32,000 nucleotides of DNA from an uncultured Nitrososphaerota archaeon (GTDB taxonomy: Archaea; Korarchaeota; Korarchaeia; Korarchaeales; Korarchaeaceae), in contig CAYZRF010000008.1 in assembly GCA_964480775.1 (NCBI GenBank), forward strand, positions 30,001 to 62,000, given 5' to 3'. Of this stretch, positions 9,064 through 17,608 are shown one piece after another. The notes below the pieces were generated by a model that saw nothing but the letters and a program-made list of their open reading frames with translations, searched no databases and was not told the DNA's origin. The position numbers were made by a program, and so were the translations under genes. Numbering within the stretch: the first letter of the stretch is position 1; every line of letters begins with the position of its first letter.

Positions 9064-10509
9064 ATGCAAAAATTATTAGAAATAGGCAACAGAGCTATAA
9101 ACTACGCTGAAAATCTTGGGGTCGATGAAATTGAGATTTTTCTTTATCTAGAAAAAGGTATCTCCTTAAAGTTCGTTAGTGGGATCTTTGTTTCAAGAGG
9201 AGGGAATATAAAAGGAATAAAGGGTTCTTTAGCCAAAATAGCGGAGCCGTGGATTAAGAAAAAAGGTATGCCATTTATTACAAGCGGAACAAGAGCGGGA
9301 GTTGGTATTAGAGCCATAATAAACAAGTCAATAGGATTTTCCAGTGTTTCAAGCTTGGAAGAGAAGAAAGTCTTTGATGCTATAGAAGAAGCGGTAAATA
9401 TAGCTAGAATACGGCCTTCTGATCCCAATTGGGTCTCTTTACCTGAGCCTAAGAAGGCGTTAGGTCAAAGCGGTACATTTGATAAGAGAATTACTGAATT
9501 AAAAGCCGACGAGCTGTTGAACTTGTGTGTTGACAGCTGTGTTACAGCGGGCGATGTTGATAAGAGGATTACGCAAGCGATGGCAATGATCTCTGCTAGA
9601 TCCGTTCACTTTGGTATTGTAAATTCTCATGGCATAGAGGCTAGCGATAAAGGTACGTTTTTCACTGCGTTTATTGGTACAAAAGCCAGGTCAGGAGAGG
9701 AAGAGGCATCAGGAAGCGATCAACTATTTTCAAGGAATCTTAGTATGAATTTACGAGAAATCGCAATTAGTGCTGCTGAAAGAGCTGTTGAGTCCCTATA
9801 TAAAAGAACCTTAAGCGAGAAATATGTCGGTCCAGTATTATTTGAGAACATAAGCTGGTATCAACTTTTCTCAGCTATCTTCACTCACGGAATTTCTGCC
9901 CTGAACGCTCAAGAGAACCGCTCGGTCTACAAAGGAAAAATAGGCGAAAAGGTTGCTAAGGAAGATCTGTCGGTTCTAGATGATGGAAGGCTTCCAAATG
10001 GCTTTGGAACAAGTGCCGTAGATGACGAGGGTTGCCCGAAGCAGAGAACCTTAATAATTGAGAAGGGAGAGCTTCGAAGCTTTCTATACGATAATTACTC
10101 TGCAAAAAGAGAAGATCGAGAGAGCACAGGAAATGCAAGCAGACAGAGGTTCTATGGGGCGCCTAGCTACGCTAACCAGCCAACAATAAAACCATCAAAC
10201 CTCATTTTAGTCCCAGGAAAGGGCAGTCTAGAAGATTTGATGGGAGAGATAAAGGAGGGTATACTAATCAAGGGTCCACTGATTGGCGCCTTACACTCAA
10301 ATGTTTTGACGGGAGATTTTTCCGTAACTTCCAATAATGCGTTTAAGATAGAAAATGGAGGGATAGCTTACCCTATTAAACCCTGTACTGTTGCTGGAAA
10401 TCTCTACAAAGCCTTAAATTCTATCATGACTATAGGGGGTGATCTTAGGTGTTTCGGAAACTTTATTTGTCCATCGATAATCGTAGAGGGAATCGTTGTT
10501 ACAGCATAA
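9064..10509 (+). CDS. pmbA: PmbA/TldE-family protein (non-catalytic partner of TldD)
   Basis: 481-aa ORF of the same fold family but lacking HExxxH. Its ATG abuts the tldD TAG stop (TAGATG), indicating translational coupling. Confidence 0.85.
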   Translation: MQKLLEIGNRAINYAENLGVDEIEIFLYLEKGISLKFVSGIFVSRGGNIKGIKGSLAKIAEPWIKKKGMPFITSGTRAGVGIRAIINKSIGFSSVSSLEEKKVFDAIEEAVNIARIRPSDPNWVSLPEPKKALGQSGTFDKRITELKADELLNLCVDSCVTAGDVDKRITQAMAMISARSVHFGIVNSHGIEASDKGTFFTAFIGTKARSGEEEASGSDQLFSRNLSMNLREIAISAAERAVESLYKRTLSEKYVGPVLFENISWYQLFSAIFTHGISALNAQENRSVYKGKIGEKVAKEDLSVLDDGRLPNGFGTSAVDDEGCPKQRTLIIEKGELRSFLYDNYSAKREDRESTGNASRQRFYGAPSYANQPTIKPSNLILVPGKGSLEDLMGEIKEGILIKGPLIGALHSNVLTGDFSVTSNNAFKIENGGIAYPIKPCTVAGNLYKALNSIMTIGGDLRCFGNFICPSIIVEGIVVTA

Positions 10510-10741
10510 ATTCCTCTACTTATGTTAAATGAAGTATCTTTACTTCTGCTACTATAGCGATTGAGAATATCTTGCCTTGCATGAGATCTCTAAAAGCATC
10601 CCATGAATAGACATTGAAAAATGGATTGAGTTTTCAACTGCCCTAGTAATCCAGAGAGGTACTTAGAGTTTGTTAAGTTCGATGTAATGAGTCCTAGGTA
10701 ATAATGTATTTAAAATATCCAGTGCTTATCTGGTTGTAGAC

Positions 10742-11185
10742 TTGAAAATGATTGAAGACATGTTAGAAGATTTACCTGATAACGTCGCCATTAAATTGGC
10801 CCAAAGGATCCTTAGAGACGAGTTGGACAGAATTAGAAGGGTGTTCCCCTACTATCTTATTATGATAATCATTCTTTATCTAGGAATCTTCTTCGTTCGC
10901 TCTGATATTTTGAAAGTCTTCTTAAGCCTTTATCTTATAATCATAGGCTTCTTCTATTTTGTAAGGTTGGATAGGGAGCTTAGAAAAGCAAACTATTGGA
11001 TAGAATATGTCTCCTTTATATCATCCGAGAAGGAGAGGAAGAAAAAGGTTCCTTTAAAGGCAGCTCTTAGGGAAACAGTTTCGTTGACTAGAGATCTTGA
11101 AAATCTTTGGAGAGTAAGTTCGCTATTTCTGTTCTTGTTCATGGCGCTTCTAGCTCTGTCTCAATACATGACCCTTCTCCGTTAG
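10742..11185 (+). CDS. Hypothetical small membrane protein (about 3 TM)
   Basis: 147-aa ORF with a TTG at 10742 and a first ATG at 10748. It has hydrophobic helices (YYLIMIIILYLGIFF, LSLYLIIIGFFYF, LFLFLFMALLAL). A TATA-like TTTAAAATA lies about 35 nt upstream. I recognised no family. Confidence 0.5.
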   Translation: MKMIEDMLEDLPDNVAIKLAQRILRDELDRIRRVFPYYLIMIIILYLGIFFVRSDILKVFLSLYLIIIGFFYFVRLDRELRKANYWIEYVSFISSEKERKKKVPLKAALRETVSLTRDLENLWRVSSLFLFLFMALLALSQYMTLLR

Positions 11186-11356
11186 TGATAGCCTTAACAT
11201 CATTCGCTAGGCAATCACACACCGAGAATGCTAAAACTTCATCTAGAGGTTTGTTTTTGTACTCTTTGATGGCACAATGCTCGTTGTATTACCAAGGACG
11301 ATGTTTGGCGTGTATCTTTTAAGATTCTGACCTCTTTATGACAAGGTGATTTCAAC

Positions 11357-12544
11357 ATGTCTTGGTTTTTGGAAGAGATAGCCGAAGGAGTTACGATGGT
11401 CAGAATCCTGAACACTCAATTTAAGAGGTTTGAAAACTTCTGGCCTATTCCAGACGGAACTTCTTACAATTTCTATGTGATACGAGGATCTGAAGGGGTA
11501 GCGCTCATTGACGGTACAGATGAAAGGGTATCTTCCTATTTTTGGGAGGCACTGAACAAGATCATAGATCCTAAGGAGATAAAGTACGTAGTTATACAAC
11601 ACACAGAGCCTGACCACTCGGGAACAATATCAGAAGTCATGGAAAGAGCTCCCAATGCTGTTTTGCTCGGAACGAAACAAGCATTGCAGATAGGAGAGAA
11701 GTTGGCTGGTTTCCCTTTAAACAGAGCTAGAGAGACCACTGATGGAATGGAGATTAGTTTAGGAGATAAGAAGCTCAAGTTCATCCTTACCCCCTTCGTT
11801 CACTGGCCAGACACAATGATGACGCTACTTGCAGATGAAAGCATCCTATTCACATGCGATATGTTCGGATCGCATGGAGCAAGCAAAGCAGTCTATTATG
11901 ATGAAGATCCAAACGGATTTGATCTTAGAGATTATTATGCCTCGATATTAATGGTCTACTCCAACATGGTGGCAAGAGCCCTTCGGATAGTAAAAGAGAT
12001 ACAACCAAAAGTTATAGCACCATCGCATGGTGCCGTTCACAGAGATGTATCCGTTCCAATTAAGGTTTATGATAGATGGACGTCGTGGAGACCCATGAAA
12101 AAGGCTTTAATCGTCGTTGGCAGCCAGTACGAAAGGGTTACGAGGTTAGCTGAAGCAGCTGCAGAAGGAATTGTCCAAAGCGGATTGGACCCCATTATAA
12201 TGGACGCTGCAGAGGCAGATCCTGATGATTTATTAGCAGAGACGCTAGAGGCCGCCGCATTGCTTGTTGCTACGAGCACACACAATGGGAGGCCTTTTCT
12301 TGGGATAACATTTTATCTAGATCTTCTTGAAGAATACAAACCTAGAAATAAGGTTGCAGCAATTATCGGAACCTACGGGTGGTCTAACGTTGTGCTTAAA
12401 ACTGTTAGACAGAGGCTTGAGGGAATAAAAATACCCGTTGTTAAGGAATTGCCTGTAAGAGGAACCCCGATTGATGAGGAAATTAGAATGGCAAAAGAGT
12501 TAGGAAAAAGCTTAGGTAAGGAAGCATCTAAGCTCTTAGAGTAA
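11357..12544 (+). CDS. fprA: Flavodiiron protein (metallo-beta-lactamase-like diiron domain plus flavodoxin-like domain)
   Basis: 395-aa ORF with diiron ligand motifs HTEPDH, HWPDTM, CDMFGSH and APSHG. The C-terminal flavodoxin-like domain carries GTYGWS. GGTGAT lies 7 nt upstream of the ATG. Confidence 0.85.
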   Translation: MSWFLEEIAEGVTMVRILNTQFKRFENFWPIPDGTSYNFYVIRGSEGVALIDGTDERVSSYFWEALNKIIDPKEIKYVVIQHTEPDHSGTISEVMERAPNAVLLGTKQALQIGEKLAGFPLNRARETTDGMEISLGDKKLKFILTPFVHWPDTMMTLLADESILFTCDMFGSHGASKAVYYDEDPNGFDLRDYYASILMVYSNMVARALRIVKEIQPKVIAPSHGAVHRDVSVPIKVYDRWTSWRPMKKALIVVGSQYERVTRLAEAAAEGIVQSGLDPIIMDAAEADPDDLLAETLEAAALLVATSTHNGRPFLGITFYLDLLEEYKPRNKVAAIIGTYGWSNVVLKTVRQRLEGIKIPVVKELPVRGTPIDEEIRMAKELGKSLGKEASKLLE

Positions 12545-12612
12545 AATATCAACGCAAATATTAGATCTTACGCTTGACTTTCTGATGGGCTGAATATACA
12601 AATACAAAGGTC

Positions 12613-14064
12613 TTACTTTCTCTTTTTCCTTTCGTACTTCTTTCTAAGTTCCTTATAGGTTTCTTTGCTTATTCTGCCTTCCTTTAACGCCATCTCAAGT
12701 TTTCTTATTTTCTCGTCCATTTCTTCTGCAGTAGTAGGCTTCATGCTTTTCTTCTGCATAATGAAAATGGCCGCAATTACAACGAGACCTATGATAATAC
12801 CAGCACCTATTATTAAGGGATAAATTCCCTGAGATGGTTGAGGTGTAGCAGGAGGAGTCGTTGGAGCTGTTGGAGCGGATGTAGGAGGCGGCGAAGCAGA
12901 GGGAGTTGCTGACGGGGTCGGTTGCTGAGTTGGCGGTGGTGATGGAGTTTCGCTTGAGCTACCTATGGACCTTCCCATTAGTTGTGGACATCCTCCATCT
13001 CCCTTCCAACAATGATAAGCTATGTTTAACAATTGAACGAATTCTCCAGTCGCTTTAATGTGACCTGCTGCAGATGGATGATTGTCTGGTTGCCCATCCC
13101 AATAGGTAGGATAAGCAAGGAAGTTATTTGGATAACCTATTATGTGTTGAACTTGCCCGTTCCAATATCTGTGGTGGTTTCCTGATTCTGCTCCAAGGTC
13201 ATTGGTGTTTGGATCTCCACCGTTTGAAGTTAAGACGTTATAATAGTCAAAGACGAATACGTTGTTATACGGATAATTGTCCAGCCAGTGGTAAACTAAC
13301 CAGCTGTTTATCGCTCTGAGTTTCGCTGCCATATCTGGATCTACAGCCTGATCATGGGATGGTGGCGTCGTTATCAAGACGAACATCTTGTCCTGTCTTG
13401 TTGCGAAGTAATCTAGAAGATCCCTGTAAAGGCCCTTAATGTTGCTAACTGTATAATAATTAGCTCCACTACACTGGGGATCATCGCAAAGGCCTTTTCC
13501 CCAAAGCGGATTTGGCTGACCTTTGGGGAGAGGTGGATCATCAGGGTTACCTAGTATGTACTGACCGCTAGAAAAGCAGGACTTAAACATTATTATGACG
13601 TTTTCTCCCCCAGGATCTGGAATGGAGTTCTCACCCGTGGTGTAGCTGGATGTGTAGAGAGCCTGGAGGTATGTATCCCTGTGTGGTCCCAAGAACCAGT
13701 TGTACCAGTGTCCTATATCCGTGTGATATCCTATCGGGTTCCCATCATTAACATCCAAGTCAGGTGGACCCCAGTCATAGTTTGTTTCGGTGACATAGTA
13801 GTTGTTCTGGTTTAGTGCCTCCCTAAGGCCGCCTATGTTCAACCAATCCTCGCCAGTTGAGTGGTGAATGAAGACCAATCTCACCGTAGTAGATGGAGGA
13901 TTTGGGTTTAGGGGCTTTATTGGGCTAGAAAAGAGTATCTCGGCTGATGATATAGAAGAAAATGCTAATAATACTATAACTGTGACTGAAAGAAGGCCTA
14001 TGCGCTTGGATCTTATAGTTTCCAAGGAACATACGCCTCTAAATTTCCTTAGAAAGAGTTCCAT
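12613..14064 (-). CDS. Surface-anchored putative SGNH-like hydrolase with Pro/Thr linker, C-terminal TM helix and cytoplasmic SHOCT-like tail
   Basis: 483-aa ORF with an N-terminal signal/anchor (IGLLSVTVIVLLAFSSISSA). The ectodomain has FIHHSTG, IMFKSCF and DNHPSAAGH, the last resembling SGNH block V. A PT-rich linker covers residues about 369-412, followed by the TM helix IYPLIIGAGIIIGLVVIAAIFIM. The tail KIRKLEMALKEGRISKETYKELRKKY resembles a SHOCT domain. Confidence 0.6.
   Translation of the reverse strand: MELFLRKFRGVCSLETIRSKRIGLLSVTVIVLLAFSSISSAEILFSSPIKPLNPNPPSTTVRLVFIHHSTGEDWLNIGGLREALNQNNYYVTETNYDWGPPDLDVNDGNPIGYHTDIGHWYNWFLGPHRDTYLQALYTSSYTTGENSIPDPGGENVIIMFKSCFSSGQYILGNPDDPPLPKGQPNPLWGKGLCDDPQCSGANYYTVSNIKGLYRDLLDYFATRQDKMFVLITTPPSHDQAVDPDMAAKLRAINSWLVYHWLDNYPYNNVFVFDYYNVLTSNGGDPNTNDLGAESGNHHRYWNGQVQHIIGYPNNFLAYPTYWDGQPDNHPSAAGHIKATGEFVQLLNIAYHCWKGDGGCPQLMGRSIGSSSETPSPPPTQQPTPSATPSASPPPTSAPTAPTTPPATPQPSQGIYPLIIGAGIIIGLVVIAAIFIMQKKSMKPTTAEEMDEKIRKLEMALKEGRISKETYKELRKKYERKKRK
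12829..12960 (-). repeat. Low-complexity Pro/Thr/Ser-linker coding repeat
   Basis: It encodes SSSETPSPPPTQQPTPSATPSASPPPTSAPTAPTTPPATPQPS. The DNA shows imperfect short tandem units such as gttggagc/tgttggagc. Confidence 0.7.
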
Positions 14065-14355
14065 CGGAACTTACTCTAAAAAGTTTAGGTGTGAATAGCC
14101 TGTTTGAAGAGTGACAAATTCAGACTCTCCATGATTAAATCCCTGCTTGTTTTTGCTAATGGTGCTATCTTACCAGCCACGTCAGGTCGTCTCCCAAAGC
14201 TTCTATTTCATTAAGATCCAAGATTTTTCTACTATGTCTTCAACCAGAAATTCTATTTGTAGATCAAATCCTTAGTCTTTCTGCTCAAACATTTTGATTA
14301 TGCCTCTTTACATCCAACATCTTTTTCTCATGCACTCAATCTGCCATCGGCTTTT

Positions 14356-14775
14356 TCATTCTTTAACTAGGAATCGAATAATTACATATGCTGGTAGCGC
14401 CCACGACATAAACCAACAAAGAGAACTAACTAGAACGGCGGCCAGTAACTCAAGGCGCGACATCTCGATTTCTCCCAATATTGCTTGAACCCAATTGGGT
14501 CTAATCCATGTGAACTCGAGCATATAGCCTAGAACCCATGAATATGCCCCAATTATCTTTGGATTATTTTCTTTTTTGAGGAAAATTCCTACACCGAGAA
14601 TACAATAGAGAACCCAGAAGAAGAGGGCTCCTGCCCACATGTAATTGGTGATGTAATCATAATACCTTACATCCAAGGCCATTGGTGCACATATAATTTC
14701 TATAGACATTGTAAAAAGAGACCCTACAAGCACGAAGATACCAACAACAGTCATAGTCTCTTTCTTCATATCCAA
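14356..14775 (-). CDS. Hypothetical membrane protein (about 4 TM)
   Basis: 139-aa ORF with four hydrophobic segments. I recognised no family. Confidence 0.5.
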   Translation of the reverse strand: MDMKKETMTVVGIFVLVGSLFTMSIEIICAPMALDVRYYDYITNYMWAGALFFWVLYCILGVGIFLKKENNPKIIGAYSWVLGYMLEFTWIRPNWVQAILGEIEMSRLELLAAVLVSSLCWFMSWALPAYVIIRFLVKE

Positions 14776-14989
14776 TGTTTATCATTATGGGTCTTTAAGA
14801 ACTATTACTAAAGAATTAGCCCGACAATGGTGAAAGAAGAGATCGTTGTGACTATTTTTCTTTGGCTTTGGGATTATAGCGTTCTTCGGAGGTTGAATTT
14901 TGATTTCAGAAAAGCTCTTCTAGCAACATTCTAGAGGGGAAACGGACAAATGGTCTCTTAACTCTCTTCTACAAGTAAAAAAGATAATT

Positions 14990-16333
14990 CTACATCAAAC
15001 CTATCTCTGATTGAATTTCTCTCAACTTTGACTTAACTTCTTTATCATCTACCATGCTAACTCTCCAAAAAACATCCGGAACAGAAATGCCCTCATATAA
15101 TACGCCCGATGGAATTGACCTTGCCCTGTCTGCTGGGTAAACAGGGACCTCGTATCCTATCCAATCTCTCATTTCCTCTTTGATCATCCTCAAGGAGAAC
15201 TTGTATATTGGATCCTTTTCAGTGCCTCCAAAAGACATTAAGATGTCAATTGCTGTCTCAACAGCCTCTCTGTTGATTTCTGGGGTTTCGGCTTCTCTAA
15301 CTTTTCTCTTGAGGTATGAGAGAGAAACATACTGCTCCGATGGAAGATGAGTTAAGTATACAGCCTTAACTCTTAATCCAAGGTCGGAGAGAGCTTCAGC
15401 TACGTAAGGAGCTTGAAACACAGAAGGATATGTATTGTGCTGTCTGAAAATCCCTCCCATCACAAAAAGCTCTACTTTCTGGCTTTCCAGCATTTTGAGA
15501 TTCGGCAACATGTCTTCTATAGGTAAAAATGACCCGTCCCTTGTCTCAGCTCCGTCACTCATGAAGATGTACGCTGTATCCTTGTGTTCAAGTGAAACTG
15601 ATATTGGAGGCTCCGGAGGGCTATGAGGTGCCTCTCCAAGGCACATGAATCTGAACTCTCCATCTCTTAACTCGACCTCTGAGAATTGCTCTCTAAGTTT
15701 CTCAGTGGATGGGTCAATCCATTGAACCCGCCTCCCCTTCTCTGGCGCCATGTACCTGATTAGATCCTTTACATCCCTTCCTATTCTTTGACTGTAGACG
15801 ATGGATCCTGCAACTGCAAGCAATAAGCTTTTTCTCGATGCAAAAATGTGCTTGAGCTTCCAGCCATTGGTCGAGTTGATCAGACCCGGTAGGCATCTTG
15901 GCGAATGATCTTCGTGGGGGTGGCTGTATATTGCGTACCATGAGCTGAGTTCTTCCATGTCGAAAATGCAGGAAAAGTTTGGAGGTAAGACAGTATCGTG
16001 CATGACAATGGTGGCACAGGGAGAAGGGATCAAAACTACAGCAGTAGTTGGAGGCGAAGCCCAACCGAATCGGTCAAGACTTTTGCCACAAGATCCGGGA
16101 ATTATGACCCTTGAAACACCTTCTGGATCTTTAATCCACTTCTTTAAGTAGTTAAATAACTTCAAGAGTTGAATTTGACTTATTCTGGCGAAGAGAAAGG
16201 GAGAATTTTCATAAATTATCGAACTAAGGGCCTTCCCACTCCCTGAGGTAACCACCAGATGCCTTATGGCCTTATCAAGCGGAAGGAACTTTCTAAGAAG
16301 GTCAATAGCTTTCTTTTCATCCACAATAGTCAA
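14990..16333 (-). CDS. Uncharacterised protein with metallo-beta-lactamase-like HxHxDH core
   Basis: 447-aa ORF that apparently starts at TTG, with GAGG just upstream. HPHEDH lies at residues 138-143 (15905-15922), preceded by a hydrophobic strand (WYAIYS). Later MBL-like positions are GEAPHSP, YIFMSDG and AVYLTHL. It has extra domains of about 90 aa at the N-terminus and about 110 aa at the C-terminus. Confidence 0.55.
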   Translation of the reverse strand: MTIVDEKKAIDLLRKFLPLDKAIRHLVVTSGSGKALSSIIYENSPFLFARISQIQLLKLFNYLKKWIKDPEGVSRVIIPGSCGKSLDRFGWASPPTTAVVLIPSPCATIVMHDTVLPPNFSCIFDMEELSSWYAIYSHPHEDHSPRCLPGLINSTNGWKLKHIFASRKSLLLAVAGSIVYSQRIGRDVKDLIRYMAPEKGRRVQWIDPSTEKLREQFSEVELRDGEFRFMCLGEAPHSPPEPPISVSLEHKDTAYIFMSDGAETRDGSFLPIEDMLPNLKMLESQKVELFVMGGIFRQHNTYPSVFQAPYVAEALSDLGLRVKAVYLTHLPSEQYVSLSYLKRKVREAETPEINREAVETAIDILMSFGGTEKDPIYKFSLRMIKEEMRDWIGYEVPVYPADRARSIPSGVLYEGISVPDVFWRVSMVDDKEVKSKLREIQSEIGLM

Positions 16334-16544
16334 AACCTCAAGAGGAACTTAATAACGATGTCGAATGGATGAACTTAAGGCTTAGTAAGGCCATTTTGGC
16401 TGAAGTTAAACCGAGGGGTTCTCCCTCGTCCATATAATGCGGGATGCATGGAGAGGGCCATGAAGCCTCTAACCTTGCTAGTATATCTGCTTTTGGCATT
16501 GCTAATTTACGTGCTAGTTGGCAAGGGTCTTAAGGAGATTTTTT

Positions 16545-16879
16545 AAGACTCCCTGACCGCATCAGGCCGCCTATTTAATAGAAAATCCCATACGAAGGGT
16601 GTTTTTTGGTCAAAAAAGATCTTGAAGAGGGCAGGGATACCTTCCCATAACAGGGCCAGAGAAGGGACAATTTTGGTTGACTTGATTCATGAAGTCAAAC
16701 CCAAGCGAATACTTGAGATCGGTACTTTTATCGAATATTCGACGATTATGATGGGAAAAGAGCTTGGAAGCGAGGCAGAAATAATCACTATAGAGATCGA
16801 TGAGGAAGAAGCAGAGATAGCAAGAAAGAACATAAAAATGGCAATTAATGCGTTAAATTATCGTGAAGAATCTCCTTAA
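16545..16879 (+). pseudogene. Fragment of a class I SAM-dependent O-methyltransferase (COMT/YrrM-like)
   Basis: The open frame encodes only the region around SAM motif I (EGTILVDLIHEVKPKRILEIGTFIEYSTIMM ... IITIEIDEEEAEIARKNI). The N-terminal region of about 25 aa and the C-terminal half are missing. There is no ATG, only TTG at 16622. The usual GxGYS glycine is replaced by Glu. Confidence 0.55.
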
Positions 16880-17135
16880 TCTCCTCTTTTAAGTCGTCTA
16901 ATCTTCTCTTGCAAGCTTCTTCCTGAAGAGGATAGTAAAGGGGGCTCGTCTCTATTTTGCTTATGATTCCCATCAGGTTTTTCTCTGTTAATCCTTTGTC
17001 CAAAAGAGACCTTATTTCTCTGAGAGTCAACTCAATCGTTCTGCCCTCTATGCCTCTAACGTACTCAACTATGATGTTCTCTGCCCTCCTCTTTGCCCAC
17101 TTTTCGTCCCACGTAAACATAATCATTTCAAACAT
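16845..17135 (-). CDS. Hypothetical small protein (96 aa, predicted helical)
   Basis: An ATG-initiated ORF with coding-like composition and no recognisable family. Its 3' end overlaps the methyltransferase fragment. Confidence 0.4.
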   Translation of the reverse strand: MFEMIMFTWDEKWAKRRAENIIVEYVRGIEGRTIELTLREIRSLLDKGLTEKNLMGIISKIETSPLYYPLQEEACKRRLDDLKEEIKEILHDNLTH

Positions 17136-17357
17136 AGTTAAACAAACTTGGATAAAAATGAATCTCCATTCTTTTAGCTTATGCCTCTTGAGTTAGTCAA
17201 TTGTTTTGGAAATTATATATCGCTTAACCCTGTTAATTATGTCAATATCATTTAACACTCTTTCTCGTCAACTGGGTATGTAAAAAGCTTGAAAATACCT
17301 AACACATTTGACTAAGCACCATTGAGATTTGCCAGCTTAAAGAGTAAGACCTAATTC

Positions 17358-17370
17358 ATCAAAAAGGTGC
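17358..17370 (-). terminator. Oligo-T tract downstream of the wHTH gene
   Basis: On the minus strand, CACCTTTTTGATG carries a T5 run about 35 nt after the stop at 17399. Archaeal terminators are typically oligo-T. Confidence 0.25.
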
Positions 17371-17398
17371 TTAAGTTTCCTTAATTCGTTTAAGACCT

Positions 17399-17608
17399 TC
17401 ATGCCTTCAGAGTTATTGTATAAGTGAGGTAGTCGCCACTCCTCTCCGAGCTAACAAGACCTTTCTCCGATAAGTGATTTAGGATCTCTTTCAATCTTTC
17501 ATAAGAGAGGTTAGCCTCACTCATGATCTTAGTAACTCCTGCTTTATTGCTTATCACTTCCAAGACATCGAGTACTATGGAAGCTTGAGAATGATATTTT
17601 CTCCTCAC
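17399..17608 (-). CDS. Small winged-helix DNA-binding protein (COG3432 / HTH_45-like)
   Basis: 69-aa ORF. VLDVLEVISNKAGVTKIMSEANLSYERLKEILNHLSEKGLV matches the pattern of small archaeal wHTH regulators. Its GTG start overlaps the stop of the upstream ORF (GTGA). Confidence 0.7.
   Translation of the reverse strand: MRRKYHSQASIVLDVLEVISNKAGVTKIMSEANLSYERLKEILNHLSEKGLVSSERSGDYLTYTITLKA

Noticed and set aside
11107-11322. 71-aa plus-strand ORF overlapping the 3' end of the 147-aa membrane protein gene
   Set aside because: It has an alternative-frame overlap, no start context and no recognisable features, so it is probably non-coding.
14065-14355. 291-nt spacer between the surface protein and the 139-aa membrane protein, checked for small genes
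   Set aside because: On either strand it holds only ORFs too short and featureless to call, with no start context, RNA-like structure or motif that I could support.
15714-16064. 116-aa alternative-frame ORF on the same strand within the MBL-like gene
   Set aside because: It lies entirely within the longer 447-aa ORF, which carries the HxHxDH motif. The Cys/Arg/His-rich composition suggests an out-of-frame artefact.
16365-16405. Possible C/D-box sRNA (TGGATGA ... CTGA) in the spacer
   Set aside because: The C box has a mismatch to RUGAUGA. There are no convincing internal D'/C' boxes or terminal stem, and the spacing is too short.
16334-16621. Searched the orphan spacer, and the other spacers, for a tRNA
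   Set aside because: I found no GTTCRAATC-type T-loop and no acceptor, D or anticodon arm arrangement on either strand. The AGAGG...CCTCT stem near 16452-16470 has a 9-nt loop unlike a T-arm.
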